Source: Spirochaetia bacterium
Lineage (GTDB): Bacteria; Spirochaetota; Spirochaetia; SZUA-6; Bin103
Direction: 5' to 3'
DNA: 64,000 nt
Assembly (NCBI GenBank): GCA_965199955.1
Contig: CBDATQ010000001.1
Span: 1,504,001-1,568,000, forward strand
The stretch's first letter is position 1; each line of letters starts with the position of its first letter. Positions 10,327 through 19,697 of this stretch are shown piece after piece. The translations under genes were made by a program, and so were the position numbers. The notes beneath the pieces were generated by a model that searched no databases, was not told where the DNA came from, and saw nothing but the letters and a program-made list of their open reading frames with translations.

Positions 10327-10385
10327 GGCGACGGATCTTAGCGGGGTCTTGTCGCCGCCGGCCAGTTCGGTAGGATCGGTGCGGG

Positions 10386-11372
10386 ATGAAGAGCGCCAGA
10401 ATCGTGGCTCCCGGACGCGTCGAAGTAGGCGAGGTCGCCGATCTGACCGTCCAGCCCGGCACGGCGGTCGTGCGCCCGCTGGCCGTCGCCATCGACGGCA
10501 GTGACACGCGCCGCGTGTACGACGGCGCCCCGGACTCCTATCCCTTTGCTCCGGCCACCTGCGCGCACCAGATCGTCGGCCGCGTGGAGGCGATCGAGTA
10601 CGTCGGCGTCAAGCCGCTGCCGTTCGTGGTGGACGAGGTGGCGATCGTCCGGCGGCCGGGCTTCGACGGGCTGGCCGAGCAGATCCTGGTGCCGATCGGA
10701 GAGCTGATCCACCAGACGCTCGACACGCCGCTGGAGCACTTGGTGCTCGTGCACCAGCTCGCCCGCGCGCTGATGGCGGCCGAGCGGCTCCGCGACGTGG
10801 TCGGCCGGTCGGTTGCGGTGGTCGGGCAGGGGCCGGCCGGCCTGGTCCTGGACGCGGTGCTGCGGCGCGCTGGCGCGCGGCAGGTGATCGGCATCGACCC
10901 GCTTCGCGCGCGCCGGGAAGCGGCGCTCCGGTTCGGGGCGACCGCGGTCGTCGATCCCGGCGTCGGTGCTTCCGATGGGGTGGCGAAGGTAGGCGCGATC
11001 TCCGGCGCCCAGCTCCCCGACGTGGTGGTGGAGGCGGCCGGCACCGCGGATTCCATCAACCTGGCGGTCGCCCTGGTGAGGGCCGAGGGCCGCCTGCTGC
11101 TGTACGGCGAGCCGCGCGCGCCGACCTTTCCGTTCGCCTACGGCGTGCTCCATGAGAAGCAGTGCACGGTGCTCATGTCGACGCCGGCCACCTACGAGGC
11201 CGACGGATACCACGCCTATCGCCTGGCCACCAACCACCTGGCCCGCGGCGACTTCGACTTCGGCGGCCTGATCACCCACCGCCTGCCGATCGCCGACGCG
11301 GCGCGTGCTTACGAGCTGTCCCGCTCCGGCGACGACGGTGCTTGCCAGGTGGTGATCGAGCTCGGCTCGTGA
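10386..11372 (+). CDS. MDR/zinc-binding dehydrogenase-like oxidoreductase
   Basis: AIDGSD, VVGQGPAG, DVVVEAAG, LITHRLP; the usual Zn-ligand Cys is replaced by Asp. Confidence 0.8.
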   Translation: MKSARIVAPGRVEVGEVADLTVQPGTAVVRPLAVAIDGSDTRRVYDGAPDSYPFAPATCAHQIVGRVEAIEYVGVKPLPFVVDEVAIVRRPGFDGLAEQILVPIGELIHQTLDTPLEHLVLVHQLARALMAAERLRDVVGRSVAVVGQGPAGLVLDAVLRRAGARQVIGIDPLRARREAALRFGATAVVDPGVGASDGVAKVGAISGAQLPDVVVEAAGTADSINLAVALVRAEGRLLLYGEPRAPTFPFAYGVLHEKQCTVLMSTPATYEADGYHAYRLATNHLARGDFDFGGLITHRLPIADAARAYELSRSGDDGACQVVIELGS

Positions 11373-11701
11373 CAGAACCAAACGCCGGCAGCGTCCCACC
11401 CAGTGGGGTCCACGACCGTGGCGGGTTGCCCAGCGGCGAGCCGATCGACCGCTCGACCCACGAGCTGGCCGACTGGGAGCACCTCACCAACGCACTGGTC
11501 GGCGTGCTCCGGCATCGCGGCCTGTTCACCGTCGACGAGCTGCGTCGCGGCATCGAGTCGCTACCGCCCGAGCGGTACGAGTCGTGCAGCTACTACGAGC
11601 GCTGGGCGTCCTCGCTCGAAACCGTGCTGGTGGAGAAGGGCGTGCTGACCAGTGAGGAAGTCGACGCCAAGGCGAAGGCGGTGGGCGGCAGATGGGAGTA
11701 G
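11369..11701 (+). CDS. Nitrile hydratase beta N-terminal half (thiocyanate hydrolase ScnB-like)
   Basis: VHDRGG, WE, DELRRGIE, SYYERW, LVEKGVL; GTG start overlaps the upstream stop. Confidence 0.85.
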   Translation: MTEPNAGSVPPSGVHDRGGLPSGEPIDRSTHELADWEHLTNALVGVLRHRGLFTVDELRRGIESLPPERYESCSYYERWASSLETVLVEKGVLTSEEVDAKAKAVGGRWE

Positions 11702-12012
11702 TGTTCTCCGCCGCGTTCGGCCGCTTCGCTCCCGGCGATTCCGTGACGGTCCGGCGGGATCGTGTCCCACATCACCACCGTACGCCGTGGTTCATCAAGG
11801 GCGCCCGAGGAAGGATCCGCGCGGTGAGCGGGCCGTTCTTCGATCCCGAGTCGCGCGCCCACGGCGGCAGCGGCCTCCCCAAGCGCCTGCTGTACCACGT
11901 GGAGTTCAGCCAGGCCGACCTCTGGGGAGACCGGTACGACGGCGGCGAAGGCGACGTGCTCCTGATCGACGTGTACGAAGGATGGCTGGAGCCGGCGGGA
12001 GCCGCAGCATGA
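11692..12012 (+). CDS. Nitrile hydratase beta C-terminal SH3-like half (ScnA-like)
   Basis: RFAPGDSV, HHRTPWFIKG, YHVEF...LW, IDVYEGWLEP. Confidence 0.85.
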   Translation: MGVVFSAAFGRFAPGDSVTVRRDRVPHHHRTPWFIKGARGRIRAVSGPFFDPESRAHGGSGLPKRLLYHVEFSQADLWGDRYDGGEGDVLLIDVYEGWLEPAGAAA

Positions 12013-12644
12013 GCGGCGATCACGATCACGACCATGGCCATCCTGGTGTGCATCCCGACATCGAGCTTCCCGAACCCGCCCGGCGCGCCATCGCCATGCA
12101 TGAGCTGCTGTTGGAGAAGGGGGTGCTTGATCCCGGCGAGCTCGCCGAGCAGATCCAGCGGGTCCGCTCCCGCTCGGCGGCGGACGGCGCGCGGGTGGTA
12201 GCGAGGGCGTGGGTGGATCCCGCGTTCAAGGCAAGGCTCCTGCAGGATGCCCGCTCGGCAGTGGCCGAGCTCGGCTACACCCTTACGCACGACGCCGAGC
12301 TGGCGGTGGTGGAGAACACGGCCGCCGTGCACCATCTGGTCGTGTGCACGCTCTGCTCCTGCTATCCGACCGCTCTGCTCGGTCCGCCGCCCGACTGGTA
12401 CAAAAGCAGCCCCTACCGCCAGCGCGCGGTCGTCGAGCCGCGGGCGGTCATGCGCGAGTTCGGGCTGGAGGTCGCCGGACACGTGCAGGTGCGGGTCGTC
12501 GACAGCACCGCCGACCTGCGCTACCTGGTCCTGCCGCGGCGGCCCCCCGGGACGGAAGGGCTGTCGGAGGAAGAGCTGGCCGGGCTGGTGACGCGGGACA
12601 GCATGATCGGCGTGACGGACCCGCTCGAAGCGCGAAGCGCATGA
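12009..12644 (+). CDS. Nitrile hydratase alpha / thiocyanate hydrolase gamma subunit, Co-type
   Basis: VVCTLCSCY metal site, GARVVARAWVDPAFK, PPDWYKS, LRYLVLPRRP, VTRDSMIG. Confidence 0.92.
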   Translation: MSGDHDHDHGHPGVHPDIELPEPARRAIAMHELLLEKGVLDPGELAEQIQRVRSRSAADGARVVARAWVDPAFKARLLQDARSAVAELGYTLTHDAELAVVENTAAVHHLVVCTLCSCYPTALLGPPPDWYKSSPYRQRAVVEPRAVMREFGLEVAGHVQVRVVDSTADLRYLVLPRRPPGTEGLSEEELAGLVTRDSMIGVTDPLEARSA

Positions 12645-13630
12645 CCGATCCCGCGCTCTCGGCCTACCGCCGCATGCCGGTCGTGCACCCGGTGCCGGTG
12701 GCGGACGAGGAGGTGCGCGCCAGGTTCTCCGAGCTGCTGGGCCTGCTCGACGTGCCCGGTCCGGGATCCGTGCCGGCGGAGCTGGGGGAGAGCGAGACCG
12801 GCGCGGACGGCGTGACCGTCACGCCGCTCCGCTTCCGCAACGAGCTCGACGAGGTCGTGCCCTGCATCCTGATGCGATCGGCCGGCGCCGGCGACGAGCT
12901 GGGCGGGATCGTCTGCATGCCGGGCACCGGCGGCACCGCCGAGCTGATCAGTGAGGAGCGCATGCACCGGCCGCTCCGGCACCGGGGACCGCTGCACGGC
13001 TGGGCGCGCGAGCTGGCGCGGCGCGGCTTCGCGACGCTGGCGGTCACCATCAGGGGGACCACGGCGCGCCAGCCCAACCCGCTGGAGCGGGAGCGGGAGT
13101 CCAAGGCGATGGAGCCGTTCGGCAGGACGGCGGTCGGGGTGCGCGTGCGCGAAGCGCTGCAGGCGGGCCGGGCGCTGGCGGCCGTCGACGGGGTGAGCAC
13201 CGAGCGTATCGGGCTCACCGGCTTCTCGCTGGGCGGGCAGGCCGCGTGGATGGCGCAGGCGGCCGCTCCCTGGATCCAGGCCTCGGCGCCGCTGGCGGGC
13301 GGCCTCGGCAGCATGGCCGCGGTCATCCGGGAGGGCGACCTGGACCGCCACTCCAGCCCCTGGTACATCCCGCACCTGCTGCGGCACTTCGACCAGGGCC
13401 GCATCGTGCGGGTGTGCATCTGTCCGCGGCCGCTCATGGTGCTGGCGCCGACCGAGGACGAGGACATGCCGGCGAGCGGGGTCGACGAGATGGAGCGCGA
13501 GGTGCGGCCGGCCTACGCCTCGGCCTGCTGCCCCCACCGCTTCGAGGTGCATCGGCCCCACCTCAACCACCTCTACCTGCCGGAGCACCTCGACTCGGTG
13601 TCGGCCTTCTTCGGGCGATGGCTGTCGTGA
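12641..13630 (+). CDS. Dienelactone hydrolase-like alpha/beta hydrolase
   Basis: ELARRGF, RIGLTGFSLGG nucleophile elbow, ICPRPLMV; ATGA coupling. Confidence 0.8.
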   Translation: MTDPALSAYRRMPVVHPVPVADEEVRARFSELLGLLDVPGPGSVPAELGESETGADGVTVTPLRFRNELDEVVPCILMRSAGAGDELGGIVCMPGTGGTAELISEERMHRPLRHRGPLHGWARELARRGFATLAVTIRGTTARQPNPLERERESKAMEPFGRTAVGVRVREALQAGRALAAVDGVSTERIGLTGFSLGGQAAWMAQAAAPWIQASAPLAGGLGSMAAVIREGDLDRHSSPWYIPHLLRHFDQGRIVRVCICPRPLMVLAPTEDEDMPASGVDEMEREVRPAYASACCPHRFEVHRPHLNHLYLPEHLDSVSAFFGRWLS

Positions 13631-14700
13631 CCGCAGGCTCGCGCTACCGCGAGATCGAGGCGTACGGGACTCCGCGCGAGATGGGCCGCCAGATCGGTGG
13701 GGCGGCGCGGGAGGAGATCCGCGGCTTCGCGGACGTCGCCGTCGAGCGGGTCAACAAGACGGTGTCGATCAGCCGCGAGCAGGCGCTCGCCACCGCCTCC
13801 GCGTGCATCCCGTACGTCGCCGACTATGCGCCCGAGCTGCTCGCCGAGCTGCGCGGGACGGCCGAGTCGAGCGGCGTGTCGCTGGCCGAGCTGATGCTCC
13901 TGCAGGTCCGCAACCAGCTCCGCAACCGCAAGGCTCCCGGCCGGCCGGACGAAGGCGGCTGCACGGCGCTGTCGGCGCGCCGGCCCGCGCTGGTCGCCCA
14001 GAACTGGGACAACGACCCGGCGCTCGACCCGTACACGGTGGTGCTGACGCGCCAGCCGCTCGCCGGCCCGGCGACGCTGACGGTCGGCCAGGCCGGGCTG
14101 ATCGGCTACATCGGCTGCGGCGAGCGCGGCATCGGTGTGTGCCTGAACACCCTGCCGGCGCCGTCCCGCGAGGTGGGCGTGCCGCACTACTTCATCGTCC
14201 GCCGCGTGCTGGAGGCCGATTCACTCGACGCCGCGATCGAGGCGGTGCGGAGCGCGCACCGCGCCATCCCCGCCAACCTGATTCTGGCCACGCCGCAGGG
14301 GCCGGCCGACTTCGAGATCCTGATCGACGACCTGCGCGTGCTGCGGCCGGAGGACGGCGCCGCCTGGCTGACGCACACCAACCACTGCCTGCACCCGGCG
14401 CTGACGGACGTCAACGAGCGGTTTCCGGAGCTGATCGAGTCGCTGCCGCGCAAGCGGCGGATCGATTCCCTCCTCGAGGAGGCTGACGGCGGCATCGACG
14501 TCGGCGCGGCGAAGGCGGCGCTGCGCGACCACGACGACGAGCCCCGGTCGATCTGCCGGCATGCCAACGACCACCCCCGGTACGGCTTCTGGACCAGCGT
14601 GCTGTCGGTGGTGATCGAGGCGGACGCCGGCCGCATGCACGTCAGCCGCGGCAACCCCTGCTCGAACCCCTACGAGGAATACCTGCTCCTGTCGTCGTAA
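13627..14700 (+). CDS. C45 family autoproteolytic Ntn acyltransferase/hydrolase
   Basis: GTPREMGRQIG, GGCT cleavage site, AQNWD, HTNH, SICRH, GNPC. Confidence 0.88.
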   Translation: MTAGSRYREIEAYGTPREMGRQIGGAAREEIRGFADVAVERVNKTVSISREQALATASACIPYVADYAPELLAELRGTAESSGVSLAELMLLQVRNQLRNRKAPGRPDEGGCTALSARRPALVAQNWDNDPALDPYTVVLTRQPLAGPATLTVGQAGLIGYIGCGERGIGVCLNTLPAPSREVGVPHYFIVRRVLEADSLDAAIEAVRSAHRAIPANLILATPQGPADFEILIDDLRVLRPEDGAAWLTHTNHCLHPALTDVNERFPELIESLPRKRRIDSLLEEADGGIDVGAAKAALRDHDDEPRSICRHANDHPRYGFWTSVLSVVIEADAGRMHVSRGNPCSNPYEEYLLLSS

Positions 14701-14715
14701 GTCCTGTGCCGAGTC

Positions 14716-14947
14716 GTGATGGCAGCACGAGCGCTCGAGAGGGTTGTCAGGCGTGGCGTCGGAAGCTATCTCTTGGTTGCACACAGTGGGATTCTCAACG
14801 CCGCGATGGGGTGCATCGTCGGTGCTCAGCCAACGGTCAGCGGCCAGGGCGTCACGTTCTCGTTCGGTGAACACGGGATACATCCGAACGGCGTACAACC
14901 CGAATCGACACCATTGGGTAGTACGCGAGCTGGTTCGCGGGTAGATA
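14716..14947 (+). pseudogene. Histidine phosphatase, C-terminal remnant with frameshift
   Basis: YLLVAHSGILN..., continuing as NTGY...HWVVREL in another frame; no RHG N-terminus. Confidence 0.5.
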
Positions 14948-14984
14948 GCCGACGCTTCACGCGCCGCGGTCACCGTTCACTCGA

Positions 14985-16016
14985 CTACGCGACCCAGAAG
15001 CGGTGCACGGTGCGGTGGCGGTAGGTCCGGCCGGGGCGGAGCACGATGGAGGGGAAGTGGGGCTGGTGCACGCTGTCGGGGAAGTGCTGGGTCTCCAGGC
15101 AGAGGGCGCCCCGCCGGCCGAAGGTGCGCCCGCCGGCTCCCGTGGTGGGCTCCAGAAACTCCGAGGTGTAGAGCTGCACGCCGGGCTGGGTGGTGGCCAC
15201 CTCCATGACCCGTCCGGAGCCGGGCGCGTACACGCGGGCGAAGGTGCGGAGCTGCCCCGGCGCGCCGTCGATCACGAAGCAGTGGTCGTAGCCGCCGGCC
15301 TGCCTGATCCGCTCGCCGATCGGGTGCGGGCTGGTGAAGTCGAACGGGGTCCCCGCCACGGGGAGCACTGCCCCGGTCGGCACCCCGTGGTCGCCCCGTT
15401 CCAGGACGTGCGCGCAGTGGAGGTGCAGGTCGTGCCCGTCCACGGTGCCGTTGCCGGCGCCGGCCAGGTTCCAGTAGGCGTGATTGGTGAGGTTGACGAT
15501 CGTCGGCGCGTCGGTGGTTGCCTGCAGTTCGATCATCAGTTCGTCGTGTTCGGTGAGCCGATAGACCGCCTGTGCGGTCAGCTCGCCGGGATAGCCCTCC
15601 TCACCGTCCGGGCTTCTGTAGCGCAGCACGACGCAGTCCTCGTCCTCGCCCTCGTGAGTGGTGGCATGCCAGATGCGGCGGTCGAAGCCGGTCACGCCGC
15701 CGTGCAGGTGCAGGTCGCCCGCGTTGCACGCCAGCTCGTAGCGGGTGCCGTCCAGCTCGAAGGCGCCCCCGGCGATGCGGTTGGCGACACGCCCGATGAC
15801 GGGCCCGAAGTACGGGTACTCCGGATCCAGGTAGCGGTCCACGTCGTCGTACGACAGCGTGACCTCGTCCAGCCCGTGCCGCCCGTGCGTGCGCACCGAC
15901 TGCAGGTTGGCTCCCAACGTCAGCACGGCCGCAGTGGTGCCGCGGCGGTTGCACAGCTCGTAGCGGTGCACGGGGCTGCCGCCGGCCAAGCCGAAGTCGG
16001 TCCGCGTAATGCTCAT
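14985..16016 (-). CDS. galM: Aldose 1-epimerase (mutarotase)
   Basis: GRVANRI, LHGG, GEEGYPG, NLTNHAYWNL, YDH, CLETQHFPD. Confidence 0.93.
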   Translation of the reverse strand: MSITRTDFGLAGGSPVHRYELCNRRGTTAAVLTLGANLQSVRTHGRHGLDEVTLSYDDVDRYLDPEYPYFGPVIGRVANRIAGGAFELDGTRYELACNAGDLHLHGGVTGFDRRIWHATTHEGEDEDCVVLRYRSPDGEEGYPGELTAQAVYRLTEHDELMIELQATTDAPTIVNLTNHAYWNLAGAGNGTVDGHDLHLHCAHVLERGDHGVPTGAVLPVAGTPFDFTSPHPIGERIRQAGGYDHCFVIDGAPGQLRTFARVYAPGSGRVMEVATTQPGVQLYTSEFLEPTTGAGGRTFGRRGALCLETQHFPDSVHQPHFPSIVLRPGRTYRHRTVHRFWVA

Positions 16017-16180
16017 GGGGCATGACCCTCCGCGTGCAGCGTACCGCAACGGCCGACGCGCTTCCCTGCGGGAGATAAGTGGCAATTAAATGTGCAGGCG
16101 AACCGAAGGTGGGATGCGGGACTGATCGTTGCTCCCACAGGCATTATTGTTACGGCGGGGAGAGCATCAGGAGGCTTGCA

Positions 16181-16396
16181 TTGGCGAAGCGGGCGGTGAG
16201 CGCCTCGATCGACGAGGAGTTGGCGGCGCAACTCGACCGGGTGGCGGCGGACACCAACCGGAAGAAGAGCTACTTCGTCAACCAGGCGCTCAAGGAGTAC
16301 TTCGAGGTAGTCCGGGACCGTGAGATCGCCCTGGCCCGGAGTGGCGGCGCATCGACGCGCCTGGACGAAGCGGAGCGCGACCTGGGACTGCGATGA
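16181..16396 (+). CDS. Ribbon-helix-helix (CopG/RelB-like) antitoxin, orphan
   Basis: TTG start after AGGAGG; VSASIDEELAAQLD...RKKSYFVNQALKEY. Confidence 0.75.
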   Translation: MAKRAVSASIDEELAAQLDRVAADTNRKKSYFVNQALKEYFEVVRDREIALARSGGASTRLDEAERDLGLR

Positions 16397-16827
16397 CGAT
16401 CCGCTCCATCAGGCTCAAGGACGAACGCTACGGCGAGCAGTGGTTCGAGGAGGTCGAGGACCGCTGGGAGTATCCCGACTTCAAGGCCGACCCGCGCAGC
16501 GGCGAGTTCGCGCGCATCGCGACGCCGGTGCCGCACACCTACATCCAGTCGATCGCCATCGACCGGGAACGCGAGCTGATCTACTGCCTGTGCTTCGTGC
16601 CCGAGATGCTGGCCGCCTACGGCGTGACCGGGAGGGCCGGGCGCTGCGAGGTGCTCCGCTTCGACTTCCGGCGCGACGGCTACGAGTTGCCGGGACCGGT
16701 AGTCGACCAGGACGGCGAGCCATGTTTCCAGATCCACCACGTCGTGCGCGCGGCCGACGGCACGCTGTACGCCTGCGAGAACGACAACCCGCGGCGCAGC
16801 GGCTACCTCTGGGAGATCACGCTGTAG
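16393..16827 (+). CDS. Hypothetical beta-propeller-like protein, probably internally deleted
   Basis: Propeller-like strands (YIQSIAID, DGTLYACEND) but only 144 aa. Confidence 0.45.
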   Translation: MTIRSIRLKDERYGEQWFEEVEDRWEYPDFKADPRSGEFARIATPVPHTYIQSIAIDRERELIYCLCFVPEMLAAYGVTGRAGRCEVLRFDFRRDGYELPGPVVDQDGEPCFQIHHVVRAADGTLYACENDNPRRSGYLWEITL

Positions 16828-18463
16828 CATCCGCGCCGGCGGTGAGCAGAACCCTGGCAGTCTGCCGCGCCTCGTCCAGCGTGTCGACGACCTGACCTGC
16901 GGGAACGTCGTGCAGGATGTCGAGGGCGTCCAGGGTTTCGGCGACGGCGCCTGACAGTCCCATCACGATGCACGGCGTATCCTGCTCGGCGGCGACGTCC
17001 ATGAGCTGCCTGATCAGCATCGCGGCGCTGTCGTCCATGTAGGTGGCGCCCGAGAAGTCGAAGATCACCACCTCGTGGTCCCTGATGTCCGGGCCGATCA
17101 CCCCGACCAGCTTCTGGGCGGAGGCCACCGTGAAGCCGCCCCGCAGCGCGACCAGGCCGACCCGCGCCGCATACGGGTCGTCCGAGCCGCCCTGATCGGA
17201 GAAGAACGCCTGGTCCAGCAGCGGCACCGACACCACGCTGTCGAGCTCCAGCCGCTCCAACTGGCGGGCGTGCGCCATCCCCGCCGCGATCAGCCCGATG
17301 GCCACCGCCGTCACCAGGTCCACGAACACGGTCAGGCCGAGCGTGATCAGCAGCACGATCAGGTGCTCGCGGCGGATGCGGTGCAGGCGCAGGACCATGC
17401 GCCAGTCGACGATGTCCCAGCCCACCTTTATCAGGATGCCGGCCAGCACGGCATGCGGGATCGGCTCGACGTAGCGTCCCAGGCCCAGCAGCAGCGCCAG
17501 CAGCAGCAGCGCGCGCAGCACGCCCGACATGCGGGTCGTGCCGCCCGCGCGGATGTTGGTGACGGTGCCCATGGTGGCGCCGGCGCCGGGCACGCCTCCG
17601 AACAGTCCGGCGACCAGGTTGCCGATGCCCTGTCCGACCAGCTCGCGGTCCGGATCGTGCTGCGTGCCGGTCAACGAGTCGGCGACCAGCGAGGTGAGCA
17701 GGCTGTCGACGGACCCGAGCAAGGCCAGGATGAGCGCCGGCTGCAGGGCGCGCAGCAGGAACCCGACGGACGGCACCTCCAGGTTGAGCTGCGGCAGCCC
17801 GGTCGGGACCGCACCGATCACCGGCGCATCGCGCAGCGTCAGGACGCCCAGCAGCGTGCCGGCGATCAGTGCCACCAGGGCGGCGGGAACGAAGCGCTGC
17901 AGGCGCCGCGGCCAGAGCACGGCGATAGCGAGCGTCACCACGGCGATGACCAGGGCGCTGACGTTGAGGTTCGCAAGCGCCTCCGGCAGCGCGCGGATCG
18001 CGCCCATCGGTCCGCCCGGGGCGGTCGGTGCCCCCAGGAACGGCAGCGTCTGGATCAGCATGACGATGATGCCGATGCCGGTCATGAAACCGGAGACCAC
18101 CACGTGCGGGGTGTACGCGATGAAGCGCCCGATGCGCAGCACGCCGATCAGCACCTGCAGCAGGCCACCGAGCATCACGACCGTGAGGGCCTCCGTGAGG
18201 TTGGACGCGTGGCTGGAGATGATCACGGCCATGGCCACGGCCATGGGCGCGGTCGGACCGGAGATCTGCGACCGCGTGCCGCCGAACACGGCGGCGAAGA
18301 AGCCCACCGCTATCGCCCCGTACAGGCCGGCGGCGGCTCCCAATCCCGAGGCGACGCCGAACGCCAGCGATACCGGCAGCGCCACCACCGTGGAGGTGAT
18401 GCCGCCGAACAGATCCCCGCGGAACGCGTCGAAGCCGTAATTGAAGTCGAAACGTCGCTTCAT
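16817..18463 (-). CDS. SulP family anion transporter with STAS domain
   Basis: GDLFGG...LAFGVASG, GLYGAI, QISGPT, RELVGQGIGN, GAT..T..NI, VIFDFSGATYMDDS. Confidence 0.92.
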   Translation of the reverse strand: MKRRFDFNYGFDAFRGDLFGGITSTVVALPVSLAFGVASGLGAAAGLYGAIAVGFFAAVFGGTRSQISGPTAPMAVAMAVIISSHASNLTEALTVVMLGGLLQVLIGVLRIGRFIAYTPHVVVSGFMTGIGIIVMLIQTLPFLGAPTAPGGPMGAIRALPEALANLNVSALVIAVVTLAIAVLWPRRLQRFVPAALVALIAGTLLGVLTLRDAPVIGAVPTGLPQLNLEVPSVGFLLRALQPALILALLGSVDSLLTSLVADSLTGTQHDPDRELVGQGIGNLVAGLFGGVPGAGATMGTVTNIRAGGTTRMSGVLRALLLLALLLGLGRYVEPIPHAVLAGILIKVGWDIVDWRMVLRLHRIRREHLIVLLITLGLTVFVDLVTAVAIGLIAAGMAHARQLERLELDSVVSVPLLDQAFFSDQGGSDDPYAARVGLVALRGGFTVASAQKLVGVIGPDIRDHEVVIFDFSGATYMDDSAAMLIRQLMDVAAEQDTPCIVMGLSGAVAETLDALDILHDVPAGQVVDTLDEARQTARVLLTAGADATA

Positions 18464-18732
18464 CACTCGCTTTCGGCGTGCCAGTCGTCCCGGGATTCGA
18501 GTTGACGCACGCGGCGGCTCAGGTTGTTCGGCAGTATACCGAGCTCCGCCGCGGTCCGCTTGACCGACCCACAGTGCAGATCGAGCTGGCGCTGCAGGTA
18601 GCGGCGTTCGATCCGCCGTTCCCTTCCGCCGGGGGCATGGTCTTCACGAACAGGTCGCCGGCTTCCGCCACGCTGCCGGGAAGCCGCGGGCTCGGTTTCC
18701 ACAGCTTTGACCACGGAAGCGTCGCCAATCAT
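18463..18732 (-). pseudogene. NtrC/Fis-type regulator remnant (linker joined to HTH, AAA+ domain missing)
   Basis: MIGDASVVKAV...ERRYLQRQL...GSVKRTAAELGI...NLSRRV. Confidence 0.55.
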
Positions 18733-18882
18733 CCGCTGACGGACGATGGACGGAGAGCGATGGGTGAGCCGACACCAAGCGGATCCGCCGCAAGCTGGTC
18801 AGCGCGATCATCGAATGCGGGCGACTCGCGTGACGGATGCGGGGATCCTCACCATCGGCCACCGTCAGGCGAGGGGCGTCTA

Positions 18883-19644
18883 CTACAACAGCGGGCGGAC
18901 GATCGCGCTGACGCCCAGCACGGCCAGCACCACGACGGCGGCGGCGCGCAGGCGGTCGACTGAAAGCCGCCGCGCCAGGGCGAGCCCTGCGTTCGAGCCG
19001 GCCAGGGCGAACGGCGCGTGCAGCGCCGCCAGCGCCAGCGCGCGCACCACGCTCGCCCCGAACGCGACCGCGAGCAGCGCCAGCAGCGTGCCGGTGGCCG
19101 GCAAGGCGATCGCCCAGATGGTGGCGCGGATCCGATCCGCCGGCCACTCGTGCGCGTAGGACCAGAGCGCCAGCGGTGCGCCGCCCATGCCGGTGGAACC
19201 GCCCAGCAGCCCGGAGGTGCTCATCGCCAGCGCGGTCCATGGCCACGCCACCCGCGCGCGCGGCGCCGGTCGCACCACCCGCAGCACCACCAGCGCGCCG
19301 AGCACCACGGCGCCGGCGGCCTGCCGGGCTAGGTCGGGATTCACGGCGACCACCGCCCGCAGGCCCAGCACGCCGATCAGCATGGCCGGCATGGTGATCG
19401 CCAACGGCCACAGGAGTTCGCGCGCCTGCACGGAAGCGCGGAGCCGCAGCACGCCGTTGGCCATCTGCACCATCATGGCCGAGCTGGAGATGACGATCGC
19501 CTGCTCGGGTGGGAAGCCGCTCAGGTGGAGCAGAGGGATCGCCAGCAGCGCCAGGCCGAAGCCGACGGTCGCCTGCAGCGCCGAGGAGGCGGCGACGATC
19601 GCCGCGGCCGCCGCCACGATGGGCAACGGCTGTCCGAGCAGCAT
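18883..19644 (-). CDS. TauE/SafE (TSUP) family exporter
   Basis: LQATVGFGLALLAIP and SGLLGGSTGMGGAP repeats; about 8 TM. Confidence 0.85.
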   Translation of the reverse strand: MLLGQPLPIVAAAAAIVAASSALQATVGFGLALLAIPLLHLSGFPPEQAIVISSSAMMVQMANGVLRLRASVQARELLWPLAITMPAMLIGVLGLRAVVAVNPDLARQAAGAVVLGALVVLRVVRPAPRARVAWPWTALAMSTSGLLGGSTGMGGAPLALWSYAHEWPADRIRATIWAIALPATGTLLALLAVAFGASVVRALALAALHAPFALAGSNAGLALARRLSVDRLRAAAVVVLAVLGVSAIVRPLL

Positions 19645-19697
19645 GGACGTCCGGTCAGGTCGAGGCGCTCACGCCGCTCGGACTCAGCCGTCGAGAC

